The notes under the pieces: model-generated
Database searches by the model: none
Seen by the model: only the letters and a program-made list of their open reading frames with translations
What the model was told of the DNA's origin: nothing
IMG/VR virus record: IMGVR_UViG_3300045960_000114
Coordinates: 96,001-160,000 of that record
Direction: 5' to 3' (one strand)
Source: a virus
DNA length: 64,000 nucleotides
Translations under genes and position numbers: made by a program
Shown: positions 17,853-27,807 of the stretch, one piece after another
Numbering within the stretch: position 1 is the stretch's first letter
How the letters are laid out: every line of letters starts with the position of its first letter

Positions 17853-19232
17853 ATGTCTGAGGAGTCCTACCGTAGTTCTGTCCCATCGACTGGCGGCTTG
17901 GAGCGGTTTGCTGGCTTCCTGTTGTTGAAGACCAACGTACCGCACCAGGTCTATGCACCGAGGGGTGAGAAGGGACGCGCGCTCTTCCGGATCCTACCTG
18001 AGATCCGTGAAGGCGCCGAGCTCCCGTGGCGAATGACAGCCGACCCTTGCGATTTCAGCGGCTGGATCAAGGCTGAGAAGATGATCCGCATGGCGGGCGC
18101 GAACAACAAGTTTACTGCCCTTTGCCGTGTCAAGGGTCAGGACAACAGGTACGCTGGCCCGATCCAGCGGTTTGTCGACACACTCTACCGCGCGTTCAAA
18201 GAAGCGCCGACTTCCCTTCCACCCGAATGGGCACGCTGGAAGGATAAGAGCGGCGCGTTGCCTGGCATTGAGTATGTTGGACTCATCCAGTGCATGCTGT
18301 TCGAGAACGGCGGTTACGTTCATAAGGACAAGGTGACCGGCAAGTACAAGCCTGTCAGCCCGGTCGTGTACATCCTACCCAAGACGGCCCGCATGTCGCT
18401 GGAGACGCTCTGCAACGTGGAGGTTGATGGATACACTGGCAGCGCCGACGATTACAACCAGCGATATAAGGTGGGCGATCCGTGTGGAACGAAGGATGGC
18501 CGGCTGATGCAGCTGGTGTACTACCCCGGAAGTGGGACGACGCTTTCCCACTACGAGGCTGCCGTTGTGCAGCCGTGTCCCATTTCCCCGGAGATGGCTA
18601 AAGCCTACAAACCGTGGGGTGACATCCTGAACTATCTCACGGAAGAGGAGCAGATGGAGTTGCTCGTCAACCACTTCCCGCCCGAGGCCGTCGATTTCGT
18701 GTTCGGGCAGACGAAGCTCGCGGACATGCTTCCCAAGAACGTGCGTGGGAAGTGGATGTCGCGCGTGCAGGTTGGAAACCCTTACGGTCAGTATCCGCCG
18801 CAGCAGCAGTTGCCGCCCGGTTACTATCCGCCGCATGGTGTTCCGCCTGGAATGCAGTTTGGACCGGCGCCTGGCATGATACCTGGTATGCCACCTGGCA
18901 TGATGCCGCAGGCCATGCCTGCCATGCCGCAGGTAATGTCGGCTGCACCGATGCCTTCCATGCCAGCTGCCACACCACCGCCACCGGTAACCCCGAGGGG
19001 CGCACCCTCTGCCGGTGGTGGTGAGTATGACTTCTCTCTGGATGGCGATGCGGGGGGAGGGGATGATAGCATCCCTTTTGACAGTAACGTCAACCCACCC
19101 GTGACGGCTCCGGCGGCAAGCCAGGACTTCCAGCCGCCCCAGAGCGACGCGACCAAGTTGGCGAAACAACGGCTGGCGGAAGCGCAGGCGCTTCTCCGTC
19201 AGAAAGCCGCACAGCAACCCCCACAGCAGTAA
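17853..19232 (+). CDS. Putative single-stranded DNA-binding/recombination protein with Pro/Met-rich linker
   Basis: Lies between pol and recA, with FRILP near the N-terminus and an acidic DDSIPF motif. Inferred. Confidence 0.55.
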   Translation: MSEESYRSSVPSTGGLERFAGFLLLKTNVPHQVYAPRGEKGRALFRILPEIREGAELPWRMTADPCDFSGWIKAEKMIRMAGANNKFTALCRVKGQDNRYAGPIQRFVDTLYRAFKEAPTSLPPEWARWKDKSGALPGIEYVGLIQCMLFENGGYVHKDKVTGKYKPVSPVVYILPKTARMSLETLCNVEVDGYTGSADDYNQRYKVGDPCGTKDGRLMQLVYYPGSGTTLSHYEAAVVQPCPISPEMAKAYKPWGDILNYLTEEEQMELLVNHFPPEAVDFVFGQTKLADMLPKNVRGKWMSRVQVGNPYGQYPPQQQLPPGYYPPHGVPPGMQFGPAPGMIPGMPPGMMPQAMPAMPQVMSAAPMPSMPAATPPPPVTPRGAPSAGGGEYDFSLDGDAGGGDDSIPFDSNVNPPVTAPAASQDFQPPQSDATKLAKQRLAEAQALLRQKAAQQPPQQ

Positions 19233-19240
19233 CATAGTCG

Positions 19241-19275
19241 AGCAGCCTGCCTCCGTCATGCGGGGGCAGGCTGTT
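19241..19275 (+). terminator. Stem-loop, probable terminator
   Basis: 15-bp stem with two G-U pairs and a 5-nt loop. The U-tract is weak. Confidence 0.5.
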
Positions 19276-19294
19276 CATTTGATAGAGGTGCCGA

Positions 19295-20653
19295 ATGGCT
19301 CAATCCAACTTCCTTACTGCATCGCTTGATGCGCAGAAACGTCAGCACGGTGAGGGCAATGTATTCCTGGCCAGCGAAGGTTCCAAGCTGTCCGTTGGCG
19401 TACCGTTGCCGTCGTTCTCACTGATGTACCTGATGGATTTGGACGTATTGCCGCTGGGTCGGATCCTGGGCGTTGCGGGACCGCCGGCGTCACAGAAGTC
19501 GTCTTTCGCGTTTGAGGTCGTCCGGTGGCTGATGGCTGCCGACGGCGAGGCCAAGCTGGTTGAATGCGAAGGCGGCAAGTACAGCCCTAAGCTGATGCGC
19601 TCCATCATCGGCGATAAGGGCGTTGATGAACATTTCATCATCGGCAGGTCGGACACCATCGAAGAGGCACAGGGGCATCTTTCCTCTGCGTTGGATCTCT
19701 ACGAGGCGAATCCGGAAGCCGGCATGAAGGCCATCTCCGCGTTGGTGGTTGACAGTCTTGTTGGCGTGACCAGCGAAGCGGTGATGAAGAAGCACGTGGA
19801 CGAAGGGCACGCGTCGCCTGAGGTTGCCATTCAGGCCAAGGGTTGGTCTCCGTTCTTCAAGAGCTACAGCACGCGCATTGCTGGTTGGCCGATCGTCGCG
19901 GTGGTTGTCAACCACCTCAAGACGAAGGTCAATACGTCTGGGCATGGCGGTCCGCCCGGAAGGTACACCCCTGGGGGCGATGCGCAGTCATTCTACGCTT
20001 CGCTGTATCTGTGGATGCAGCGGATCGCGTCGTCGGAGCGTGTCACCATCATGCGTAATGGTGAGCGCATTAACCGGTTCACGGAGACGCGCCGGCTGAA
20101 ACTCGAGCTGCAGAAGAGTTCGCTCGGTACGGATGGCAGGGACATCTTTGTCAACTTCTCGTGGTACCATGACGAGGAGGGACAGCAGATATCCTACTTC
20201 GATTGGAACGCGTCCACCTGTGAGCTGCTGCTTGGCCTACAGGGCAGACACGGCTACATCGACAAGCAGCCGGCGGACCTGTGCAACCTGATCGACATCG
20301 AGGTCAGCAAGGGCACCGGTGACAAGAAGTACACCAGTCAGGCGTTGGGTCTGGAGGGCGTGTCGGACAGTGAGATCGGTGCAGCCATCGACAATGATCC
20401 GCAGTGGATCGACCGGCTCTGCAAGTTCTTCAACATCACCCGGCATAACAAGTGGGCTGGTGCCATGCCGGAGTTGGAGAAGAAGGTGAAGCAGAAGAAA
20501 GGCAGGGTGGAGGTCGTGGCTGGCGCGTTGGCGGACGTGGGGAAGGCGGCAGAGAAGGCGTTGGCAACTCTGCAAGACCCTACAGAATCCGTACCGGACA
20601 AACCCAGGAAACGCGGTAAGGATAAACCGCCAGAAGGCTTAGAGACCGTTTGA
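19295..20653 (+). CDS. recA: RecA/UvsX-like recombinase
   Basis: AGPPASQKSS (variant P-loop), VVDSL, VVNHLK, TPGGDAQSFYAS. Confidence 0.88.
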   Translation: MAQSNFLTASLDAQKRQHGEGNVFLASEGSKLSVGVPLPSFSLMYLMDLDVLPLGRILGVAGPPASQKSSFAFEVVRWLMAADGEAKLVECEGGKYSPKLMRSIIGDKGVDEHFIIGRSDTIEEAQGHLSSALDLYEANPEAGMKAISALVVDSLVGVTSEAVMKKHVDEGHASPEVAIQAKGWSPFFKSYSTRIAGWPIVAVVVNHLKTKVNTSGHGGPPGRYTPGGDAQSFYASLYLWMQRIASSERVTIMRNGERINRFTETRRLKLELQKSSLGTDGRDIFVNFSWYHDEEGQQISYFDWNASTCELLLGLQGRHGYIDKQPADLCNLIDIEVSKGTGDKKYTSQALGLEGVSDSEIGAAIDNDPQWIDRLCKFFNITRHNKWAGAMPELEKKVKQKKGRVEVVAGALADVGKAAEKALATLQDPTESVPDKPRKRGKDKPPEGLETV

Positions 20654-21429
20654 CAGATTCCCTCCCGGTTATTATGCTGTTCGATAACTCGGAGGGACTG
20701 TTCGTGAAAGTCACAGCGACCAAGACGATTGTAACTGAGCGCGGTTTCGTGGTGGCGAAGCAGGGGTCCGTGGGTAAGGTCAAGCAGGCCAAGCCCCATG
20801 ACCCCTGCAACCACTTCAAGGTGCTGGTGATGTTTGGCAAGCGGCGGCACGGCTACTGGTGCTCGCCGAAGGATCTGACTGCTGAGGGGTCGCTGGAGAA
20901 ATACATCGCATGGCCGCCGCCGCCGAAGAAGGTGTTACCGGTTCCGAAGGGCGACCCGCACAAGTACGACTTCGGGTCGAATCTAAGGGTCATCCGCGAG
21001 GCGCGCGGTCTTTCGCAGGTACAGCTGGGCAAGTTGATGTCCAAGAACGGCTTGTATGTGGCCCAGTCAACCATTTGCTACAGGGAAAGGAGACCGGACT
21101 GCCCGAGTGGAAGGTTCGTGAACGCTTCAGCCAAGGCGCTGAATGTCCCTGCGTTCATGTTCTTCATACCGCTGGGGGATTGTGTTGTGATCGAGTCAGC
21201 CGGCGAGTTCGTGAAGGCCGTACGCGAGAAGCTGTGCATCGGCATCTCCGAGGTGCAGTTCGACGAGACCACCAAACGGGAACTGCTGCTCACGGGCTTC
21301 AAGGAGCTCCCACCGGGGAAAGAGGGCAAGAATGGGGTTCCTAAGAAACGTCGAGAAGTACGACGAGGAACAGTCGGCCAGAGCCGACCACGCGTTCGAA
21401 ACAAGGATATTGACCAAGGTATGTTCTGA
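20650..21429 (+). CDS. XRE-family HTH protein
   Basis: FGSNLRVIREARGLSQVQLG...QSTICYRER...AKALNV. Confidence 0.8.
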   Translation: MTDSLPVIMLFDNSEGLFVKVTATKTIVTERGFVVAKQGSVGKVKQAKPHDPCNHFKVLVMFGKRRHGYWCSPKDLTAEGSLEKYIAWPPPPKKVLPVPKGDPHKYDFGSNLRVIREARGLSQVQLGKLMSKNGLYVAQSTICYRERRPDCPSGRFVNASAKALNVPAFMFFIPLGDCVVIESAGEFVKAVREKLCIGISEVQFDETTKRELLLTGFKELPPGKEGKNGVPKKRREVRRGTVGQSRPRVRNKDIDQGMF

Positions 21430-21808
21430 ACTTGGTATAGATGTTCCATCGGATCTTAAGCGTGATTCTACTTTTGGGTTTGAGTGGTTTCACGAGGAGT
21501 ACCACCTGCCTGTACGCCTGTGTTCACGACGCATTCGCGCCAGACCCGTCGATCTCTTCAAGCGTATGACGGCTACCCAGCTGTTCGATACGTACATGAA
21601 GGAGATGGAGGATAACGGCTGTACGACGATGGCCATGTTCTTCACGTTGGACGGTGTCGGTCTCAGTGTCATTCATAACTGGTGGGGGCTGGAGCACGTG
21701 CCGGGGTACACCCGGCTGGTGCGCCGGGCCGCTTCTGAGACGCGCGGCATCATCATCGAGCCAATTGACTCGTTCCTGAAGTCGCTCAAGGCGAAGGGGG
21801 TGGCCTGA
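21332..21808 (+). CDS. Hypothetical protein
   Basis: Track ORF coupled to the next gene. Confidence 0.65.
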   Translation: MGFLRNVEKYDEEQSARADHAFETRILTKVCSELGIDVPSDLKRDSTFGFEWFHEEYHLPVRLCSRRIRARPVDLFKRMTATQLFDTYMKEMEDNGCTTMAMFFTLDGVGLSVIHNWWGLEHVPGYTRLVRRAASETRGIIIEPIDSFLKSLKAKGVA

Positions 21809-22245
21809 TGGTAGACCAGCCCGAGAAGATGTGGTGCCGTTCGTTTCCATCGGCTGACGACATACGCGCCCTTCTTTGCGAGGCGCAGATACGCAACGTG
21901 TCGCCCATGGCCATGCAAATGTTGCGCTGGCTGGCCGGCATGTCGCCTTTGCGCAGGCTCATGCACAACCTGAATGTGCTACTGGCCCTGTGTGATCATC
22001 ACGAAATACGTGACATCCTTAACCAAGGTCTGGCGCCAGATGAGCGCGCGACGCTTATCGAGCTGGATTCGTGTGAGTTGCCCGTAGCCATGCGGGAAGT
22101 GGCACATGGTCTCTTCAATGTGCACGAGCGATGGAGCACGCTGAAGGCGATCGCCAAACCCATGCGTGAGGCTTTGGCTTTCGCGGACGAGCGAGTAGTG
22201 GAAAAGCCCTTGGACAGAGTCCTGGGCGAATCAAGAAAGGGGTAG
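21808..22245 (+). CDS. Hypothetical protein
   Basis: TGATG coupling with the upstream gene. Confidence 0.65.
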   Translation: MVDQPEKMWCRSFPSADDIRALLCEAQIRNVSPMAMQMLRWLAGMSPLRRLMHNLNVLLALCDHHEIRDILNQGLAPDERATLIELDSCELPVAMREVAHGLFNVHERWSTLKAIAKPMREALAFADERVVEKPLDRVLGESRKG

Positions 22246-22249
22246 TCAG

Positions 22250-22972
22250 ATGTCAAAGGAAAGTGATCTGGCAACGGTTTCGAGGACTGGTGACCTGACG
22301 CCTGAAGAGGTGAAGGACGGCCAGAAACGCTTTGAAGAGCGAATCTCCGAGTTCACGAAACGCACCGAGGCGGTCAACCGCAGCGTGTTGGAGTTGAACT
22401 GGGAGAAGGGTGGTTTCGTCAACGAACTGCTGAGCGAGCCCAAGAAGTACGCCAACAAGACTGTGGAGAACCTGGCCACGGCGCTGGGCGTATCGCCGGA
22501 GATGGTCTACGCCTGGCACCGCTTCAACCAGCGGTACACCCGGGAGGAGATGGAAGCCTGCGTCGAGAAGAACCTGGCGTGGCATAACATCTACTACCTG
22601 CTCAGCGTGTCGGATACCGGCAAGCGTAAGGAGCTGGAGACGCAGCTGGCCAAGGGTGAGATCAAGACGCCGCAGTTGCAGGAGAAGGTCAAGTCGATCA
22701 ATGCCAGCGAGAAGAAGACGGCCAAGGCCAAGGGCAAGAAGGTGGACAACCGGGGCGGGCTGCGCGTTGGTGTTGTCGTTCAGAGCACCCACAACATGTG
22801 CGTGAGCATGGTGCGCAAGCTCGACGAGTTCCACGATGCGTACAAGGTATGGGACAAGATGGAGGACGGACAGCCCAAGTCCCAGATGCTGTTGAACCTG
22901 AAGGCATCCCGTAAGGCGATCCAGGAGTTGCAGGAGAAAGCTGAACGGATACTGGAACGATGCGAGCTCTAA
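22250..22972 (+). CDS. Helical, probably DNA-binding protein
   Basis: KTVENLATALGVSPEMVYAWHRF is HTH-like, followed by coiled segments. Confidence 0.7.
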   Translation: MSKESDLATVSRTGDLTPEEVKDGQKRFEERISEFTKRTEAVNRSVLELNWEKGGFVNELLSEPKKYANKTVENLATALGVSPEMVYAWHRFNQRYTREEMEACVEKNLAWHNIYYLLSVSDTGKRKELETQLAKGEIKTPQLQEKVKSINASEKKTAKAKGKKVDNRGGLRVGVVVQSTHNMCVSMVRKLDEFHDAYKVWDKMEDGQPKSQMLLNLKASRKAIQELQEKAERILERCEL

Positions 22973-23400
22973 AGGACAAGACGCCCTGTGCCGTGCTACA
23001 CAGGCCGAAACCCAGTGCAGAGTGGGAGCTATGCTACTACACCGAGCGTATCTCCCACGCCTGGCGGCTTCAGCTGTGGATCGCGGAGGAGGAGTCAAAG
23101 AGCAATCCCAGACAGCAGACGGTGACCATCCTCCGCGAAGACTACGATGCTGATAGATTCAAGGTACTGAGGATACCCAAGGACTTTGATCCGGCTAAAG
23201 TACCCCAGGCTGAACCGGTTGTCTTTTCAAGATCTGTGGAGATACCTACCCTGCCACCCACTCCATCAGTTGTTCCACGTCAATCAACCCCGGAAGTAGC
23301 TGTACCCCTGACCCAGACAACTCCAGGACCGCCGGACTTAGTGGCGAAGCCGGTGGCCCTGGAGTTGCCCGAACCCCCCGAACTGGCGGGTGCCTGGTAG
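22960..23400 (+). CDS. Hypothetical protein with Pro-rich C-terminus
   Basis: Overlaps the upstream stop. Confidence 0.55.
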   Translation: MRALKDKTPCAVLHRPKPSAEWELCYYTERISHAWRLQLWIAEEESKSNPRQQTVTILREDYDADRFKVLRIPKDFDPAKVPQAEPVVFSRSVEIPTLPPTPSVVPRQSTPEVAVPLTQTTPGPPDLVAKPVALELPEPPELAGAW

Positions 23401-23401
23401 C

Positions 23402-23430
23402 GTAAAATACCTCCATAAGCGCGTTAGTAT
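23402..23430 (+). promoter_or_regulatory. Putative phage-specific promoter GTAAAA-17-TAGTAT
   Basis: Shares GTAAAATACC...GCGTTAGYATA with 40008-40037. Confidence 0.6.
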
Positions 23431-23511
23431 AACATAGGTTGAGTTTGCTTGGCGCCTGGGTGTAAACCAGGGCACAGCTCGACTTGGAACGCGTTCTAAG
23501 GAGATACGGAG

Positions 23512-23685
23512 ATGGCCGGAGAGGATAACGGACTCGGCGATACTGCCTTGAAAGTGGGCATTATCGCGCTTGGCATCTGCACAGCCAAGCTCGCCGAAAA
23601 CGCCGTAGGTTGGGCGATCGGCGCCGGCGGAAAAAAGGGAACGGGTAAGAAAGGCGGGTCGCGGAAACGCACCCGCAAGTCCTAA
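23512..23685 (+). CDS. 57-aa protein with a hydrophobic segment and Lys/Arg tail (below the track cut-off)
   Basis: AAGGAG RBS. MAGEDNGLGDTALKVGIIALGICTAKLAENAVGWAIGAGGKKGTGKKGGSRKRTRKS. Confidence 0.65.
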   Translation: MAGEDNGLGDTALKVGIIALGICTAKLAENAVGWAIGAGGKKGTGKKGGSRKRTRKS

Positions 23686-23692
23686 CCGGTTC

Positions 23693-23728
23693 TGGCGGTG
23701 CTGGCCCCTCGCGGGGTCGGCACCGCCA
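23693..23728 (+). other. 16-bp GC hairpin without U-tract
   Basis: TGGCGGTGCTGGCCCC-TCGC-GGGGTCGGCACCGCCA. Confidence 0.6.
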
Positions 23729-23847
23729 CCCACACATCTCCAAGCAACGAGACATTTTCTTTTAATAGCAGTTTGGACTTGGCGGCCCGATAGGGTGCCA
23801 ATCTGGCGTTCGCCGGGGTACTTTACGGGCATCTAGTAGGAGGGTAC

Positions 23848-24255
23848 ATGGAGGAGCTGAAGGGGCTAGCGGAAGTCGTCGAGAAAACTCAAGTCACGAA
23901 AGAAGAGGTCGAGCGCGCAATCGTAGCACTTGACGACCTCTTTACCCAACACGAAGACGTACTCGACGACAGGACTCGGGTCGAGATGATCGACCTGCGC
24001 GCAAAACTGGTGAAAAAGCTCCAGGCTGAGATCAGCCAGGTTACCGACATCGCCCAGAACAAGGCCAAGCCTGCGCGCCGCAGGGTGATCCCGATCAAAG
24101 AGGGTGAACCTGAGCAGCGCACGCGGCGGAAGAAAGTGACAGCTTTCCGCCGGGACAGGGATCGTAAACCGAAGGAAGACAACAGCGGGTTAATCGCAAC
24201 AGTAGGTGCTGGTGCGGTTCTCGGTCTGTTGTTACTTCTCGGTAGCGGTGAATAA
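23848..24255 (+). CDS. Tail-anchored hypothetical protein
   Basis: AGGAGG RBS. C-terminal hydrophobic helix. Confidence 0.75.
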   Translation: MEELKGLAEVVEKTQVTKEEVERAIVALDDLFTQHEDVLDDRTRVEMIDLRAKLVKKLQAEISQVTDIAQNKAKPARRRVIPIKEGEPEQRTRRKKVTAFRRDRDRKPKEDNSGLIATVGAGAVLGLLLLLGSGE

Positions 24256-24434
24256 CTAACCGCGAACTATAAGGTGTGTGTTTTTGGGAGCGGCAGACCG
24301 CGTGTCATATACCCACCGGCGGGCTAGTCCGTACACACATCTAACGAACACAAGGGTAGCTGGCCAAGGATCCCCTGCATGCGTGGGGGTGGCTGGCACC
24401 GGGGGAATAGTCCCCCATTGGAGACAAGACTCAG

Positions 24435-24644
24435 ATGGTCAAGATCGTGTTCGGCGGCAACAGCGTAGTCAAGGCGTACGACGGCCAGCAGGTGGCCCAG
24501 GTCCGCACGGACCTGTCGGGATTCTTTCAGATCCCGGGCAACGCGCAGGTGCGCGTGAACGGCGTCACCGCCGGTGAGGACACCACGCTCCGCCCCAACG
24601 ACGTGGTTGAGTTCATCAAGCAGTCGGGCGAGAAGGGCTGCTAG
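24435..24644 (+). CDS. Ubiquitin-like (beta-grasp, ThiS/MoaD/Ubl) protein ending GEKG-C
   Basis: VRVNG...LRPNDVVEFIKQSGEKGC. Lies upstream of E2, JAB and E1 genes. Confidence 0.85.
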   Translation: MVKIVFGGNSVVKAYDGQQVAQVRTDLSGFFQIPGNAQVRVNGVTAGEDTTLRPNDVVEFIKQSGEKGC

Positions 24645-24672
24645 CCCTCTCCGACTGTTGACGTACCAGTGT

Positions 24673-24714
24673 GATACCAGCGCCTGTCTCCCACAGGCGC
24701 TGGTGTCTTTTTTT
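24673..24714 (+). terminator. Intrinsic terminator between the Ubl and the enzyme genes
   Basis: 15-bp stem GATACCAGCGCCTGT/ACAGGCGCTGGTGTC plus T7. Confidence 0.85.
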
Positions 24715-24752
24715 AGTTACCACCAAACCAACCCCAAGAAGCAGGAGGAAGG

Positions 24753-25487
24753 ATGAGTGAGGAGCGGATCGTAGCAGCAAAGGATGCTCCAGCTGCTAAG
24801 CCAGCCGATGCCGTTGAACCGCACTACGCGGATCTCAACGAGCGGTTGACTGAACAGTTGCGGAATTTCCGGGCTGCTGGCGAGGCGTTGGGGCTTCTTC
24901 TCGTCGAGAACATCAAGTTCAACCGTGACAAGTTGAGCGAGTTCTTCGACAAGTTTGAAGCGATCAAAGAAGCGCTGCCGGACGTCGATGCCGTATTGAA
25001 GGCGTGCGACGATCTGGCGGAATTCAAAAAGCGGCTGGATGGTGCCGTGGCGGATCTGGACACCAAGTTCATGGGCCAGCTTACGACCCTGAACAACACG
25101 GTCAATGGACTCGTGGCGTCGCAGCAGGAGAGGGCGCAACGCGACGGACAACCCGTGGATCTGACGTCCGTGATGTCGTTGGTCACCACGATACGCGATC
25201 AGGCGGTGGACCTGGAGAACAGGTTCAGCGCTCTGTACGAACGTGTCACGATGGTGGATCAGAGCCACCGCGATACGACCGGCGAGGTGCACACACGGCA
25301 CGACAACCATGCACGAGCTACCGCCGCGCGGTTCTTGCAGATTGAGAACCGCGTGACGGAACTCGAAGGAAGAGTTGCTAACCTGCCCACGAATCTACCT
25401 GGTCGGCTCATTGAGCTGAGAAACAGGATCGAAAGGCTCGAGCCCCGCTCAGAAAGCGGGCAACAAAACGAAGGAGGGACGTCTTAA
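24753..25487 (+). CDS. Coiled-coil protein in the Ubl operon
   Basis: Heptad-rich. AGGAGG RBS. Confidence 0.8.
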   Translation: MSEERIVAAKDAPAAKPADAVEPHYADLNERLTEQLRNFRAAGEALGLLLVENIKFNRDKLSEFFDKFEAIKEALPDVDAVLKACDDLAEFKKRLDGAVADLDTKFMGQLTTLNNTVNGLVASQQERAQRDGQPVDLTSVMSLVTTIRDQAVDLENRFSALYERVTMVDQSHRDTTGEVHTRHDNHARATAARFLQIENRVTELEGRVANLPTNLPGRLIELRNRIERLEPRSESGQQNEGGTS

Positions 25488-26201
25488 ATGGCGGTTCCCG
25501 CACAACAACAGCGGCGTCGGATCGTCGTTCAGAATGGACTCGTTCTGATGGAGCTGGTGACGTTGGAGAAGGTCGGCTCCCTCGGTGACTGGATGAACAA
25601 GGTACTGGAGTCGTCGCCCTCGCCCAGCAAGTTGCTTCCGCTCGACTGCGTGGACAACTTCTCCCTGCGGCGCAAGGACACGACGCACCGCCGGATCTAC
25701 GTGACATACATGCACCCCCGGATGCAGACGTTCCGCTTCCGTGGCGACCGCGCGAACGCGCAGGCACAGCAGTACGAACTGAGCTGGCCGCACACCCTCT
25801 GGTGGTTCGTGTTCTCGAACCAGCAGTTGAACGGCCTGTACCTGACCGCCACGAAGGTCTCACCGTACGAGGTTCCGAACTACATGGACCTCGACTTGTT
25901 CTGGCTGCCCTGTCCGAATCAGTACCCTGAGGGTCACTTCTGCCTCGGTAACCTGAGCACGGACATCTCGTGGCCGGACTGGCGGCGCGTCAATGTCCTG
26001 CGCAATGATGTACTGTCGTCGAACTGGAACACCGACCTGATCCCGAATCTGTCCGGGTTCCCGTTCAGCTCCATCCCGGAGTGGGCGGAGCAGTCGAGCC
26101 GCAAGCCGGAGCTCTGGAAGGAGCTTCCGTTCAAGCCGTACGTACACCCCACGTACCGGAAGATGTGCGACTACCTGATGGGAGTGGGAGGCCGAGAGTA
26201 G
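25488..26201 (+). CDS. Prokaryotic E2-like (Prok-E2_D / PRTRC protein B-like) enzyme
   Basis: WPHTLWWF...LFWLPCPNQYPEGHFCLG matches the P-x-x-N-x-x-x-x-G-x-x-C-x-G pattern with a candidate catalytic Cys. Confidence 0.8.
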   Translation: MAVPAQQQRRRIVVQNGLVLMELVTLEKVGSLGDWMNKVLESSPSPSKLLPLDCVDNFSLRRKDTTHRRIYVTYMHPRMQTFRFRGDRANAQAQQYELSWPHTLWWFVFSNQQLNGLYLTATKVSPYEVPNYMDLDLFWLPCPNQYPEGHFCLGNLSTDISWPDWRRVNVLRNDVLSSNWNTDLIPNLSGFPFSSIPEWAEQSSRKPELWKELPFKPYVHPTYRKMCDYLMGVGGRE

Positions 26202-26202
26202 C

Positions 26203-26514
26203 ATGGCTACGAAAGTCGAAGACGAGAAGTTGATGCAGCAGCTGATCGACGCGCTGGTGGCTATGCCTCCGGGCAAGATCCAGAGCATCCCCGAGATCAT
26301 GGGTCAGTTCATGACCATGTCCCGGGAGAGCCTGGTTACGTGGGCTGGGCGGCCCGAGCAGGTGATGGCCGCCCAGTTCATGGCCTATCTCAAAGGCCAC
26401 GGCATGCTGACGGAAGTGCTGGAGTCGAAGTTCGATTCCTCGTTCAAGGTCATGACGGACGCAATGGCGCTGTGTCCGTCAAAGGCGAGCAGAGTCTCGG
26501 AGGGAGGCCACTAA
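26203..26514 (+). CDS. Small helical protein in the Ubl operon
   Basis: GGGAGG RBS. Tightly packed between the E2 and JAB genes. Confidence 0.7.
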   Translation: MATKVEDEKLMQQLIDALVAMPPGKIQSIPEIMGQFMTMSRESLVTWAGRPEQVMAAQFMAYLKGHGMLTEVLESKFDSSFKVMTDAMALCPSKASRVSEGGH

Positions 26515-26517
26515 GGG

Positions 26518-27807
26518 ATGTTTCCCATCATTCAGGTGAGCAAGGAGATGAAGGACTCCGATATCCCGCAGGAGAATTGTTATCTCATCGGGTCCAACGG
26601 GGTCTTCAAGCAGGTCGTCAACGAGTTCTACAGCGTCCGGGTGAAGAACGGATCACTCCCGGATCTGCAGGAACTCAAGGAAGACGTCGAACTCCACGTG
26701 ACGCGGCTGCCCCAGCGCATCCTCGACCACGTGCACGCGTTCTTCCGCGCCGTGAACGACAAACACAAGGGGGAGGCTGTTGTCCTCCTCATGTACCATC
26801 CCACGGACAAAAGGTGGATCGTCAAGATCCCCCCGCAGGACACAAAGGGGATGAGCGTCCACTACGATCTGGATAAGGGCGACGCCCTCATCTGGATTCC
26901 CTCGAACGGTAAGGAAGAGATGACCTTGGTACATAACCAGCGGGAAGCCCCGCCGGAAGGTATCAAGGATTTCAGGCTCTTCGGGTCGATACACAGCCAC
27001 TGTGACGCCGGCGCGTTTCACAGTGGTACGGATGACAAGGACGAGTTCTGTTTCGACGGCCTCCACATCACGTTGGGGCACGTCAGCAAGAATCCGCCCG
27101 ACATCAGTTGCCGGTGGATGTTAGCTGGCCAGTGGTGGAAAGCGGAAGCGAGCGGCTGCATTGCGTTCGACCACGCGGCACCGAAGGTGGACGACCGCTG
27201 GATGGATCGCGTAAGCGAGGTGAAGTATTCGCCCGCTGTCCAGACCTGGGTGTCCCCGCCATCGGGTACCGGGTTCGATTCGCCCATGAGCAGGCATCCG
27301 TACGATGGCAATGGGTACGGGTACAGCGGGTACGAAGGACCTGGGAGTCACGACGACCCAAAATCACAAACCCCCACACAGGCGGGCGGCGGAAGCGCAG
27401 GAGGAAGCACAAGCGGGACGACAAATCCTGCTACCTCCTCGACTAATACGCCGGATGTGGGGGAAGATGACACACCGCCGGTGTACGAACTGTTCGCTCG
27501 GTACGAGGACGTTACTGAGCACGCAACACTCACCAGTAAGGAACTGTCCATCATCCAGTTGTGCGAGGACGACCCGCAGCTCCTGTCGTTCATGGAGACG
27601 TTGAGTGAGGAGGAACTGAAGCGGTTGCTGACTACTCACGAACTGTTCGACAAGTTCATGGAGGAGGCGTCGATCGACTTCATCGCACGCAAGCAGGCTG
27701 AAGGCGATGGTTCAGGCAAGACGGATATCGACGGCAAGCGGCTTGCCGATCTGATCGAAGAGGAGAAGGAAGCGCAAAAGGAAGGGGAGGTACTCGGGAG
27801 TGTTTGA
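26518..27807 (+). CDS. JAB/JAMM metalloprotease (PRTRC protein A-like) with long low-complexity C-terminal extension
   Basis: GEAVVLL...SIHSHCDAGAFHSGTDDKDE (E...HxH-x7-S-x2-D). N-terminal YLIGSNGVF. Confidence 0.88.
   Translation: MFPIIQVSKEMKDSDIPQENCYLIGSNGVFKQVVNEFYSVRVKNGSLPDLQELKEDVELHVTRLPQRILDHVHAFFRAVNDKHKGEAVVLLMYHPTDKRWIVKIPPQDTKGMSVHYDLDKGDALIWIPSNGKEEMTLVHNQREAPPEGIKDFRLFGSIHSHCDAGAFHSGTDDKDEFCFDGLHITLGHVSKNPPDISCRWMLAGQWWKAEASGCIAFDHAAPKVDDRWMDRVSEVKYSPAVQTWVSPPSGTGFDSPMSRHPYDGNGYGYSGYEGPGSHDDPKSQTPTQAGGGSAGGSTSGTTNPATSSTNTPDVGEDDTPPVYELFARYEDVTEHATLTSKELSIIQLCEDDPQLLSFMETLSEEELKRLLTTHELFDKFMEEASIDFIARKQAEGDGSGKTDIDGKRLADLIEEEKEAQKEGEVLGSV

Noticed and set aside
27268-27290. 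GGTTCGATTC T-loop-like sequence
   Set aside because: It lies inside the JAB coding frame with no acceptor, D or anticodon arms.
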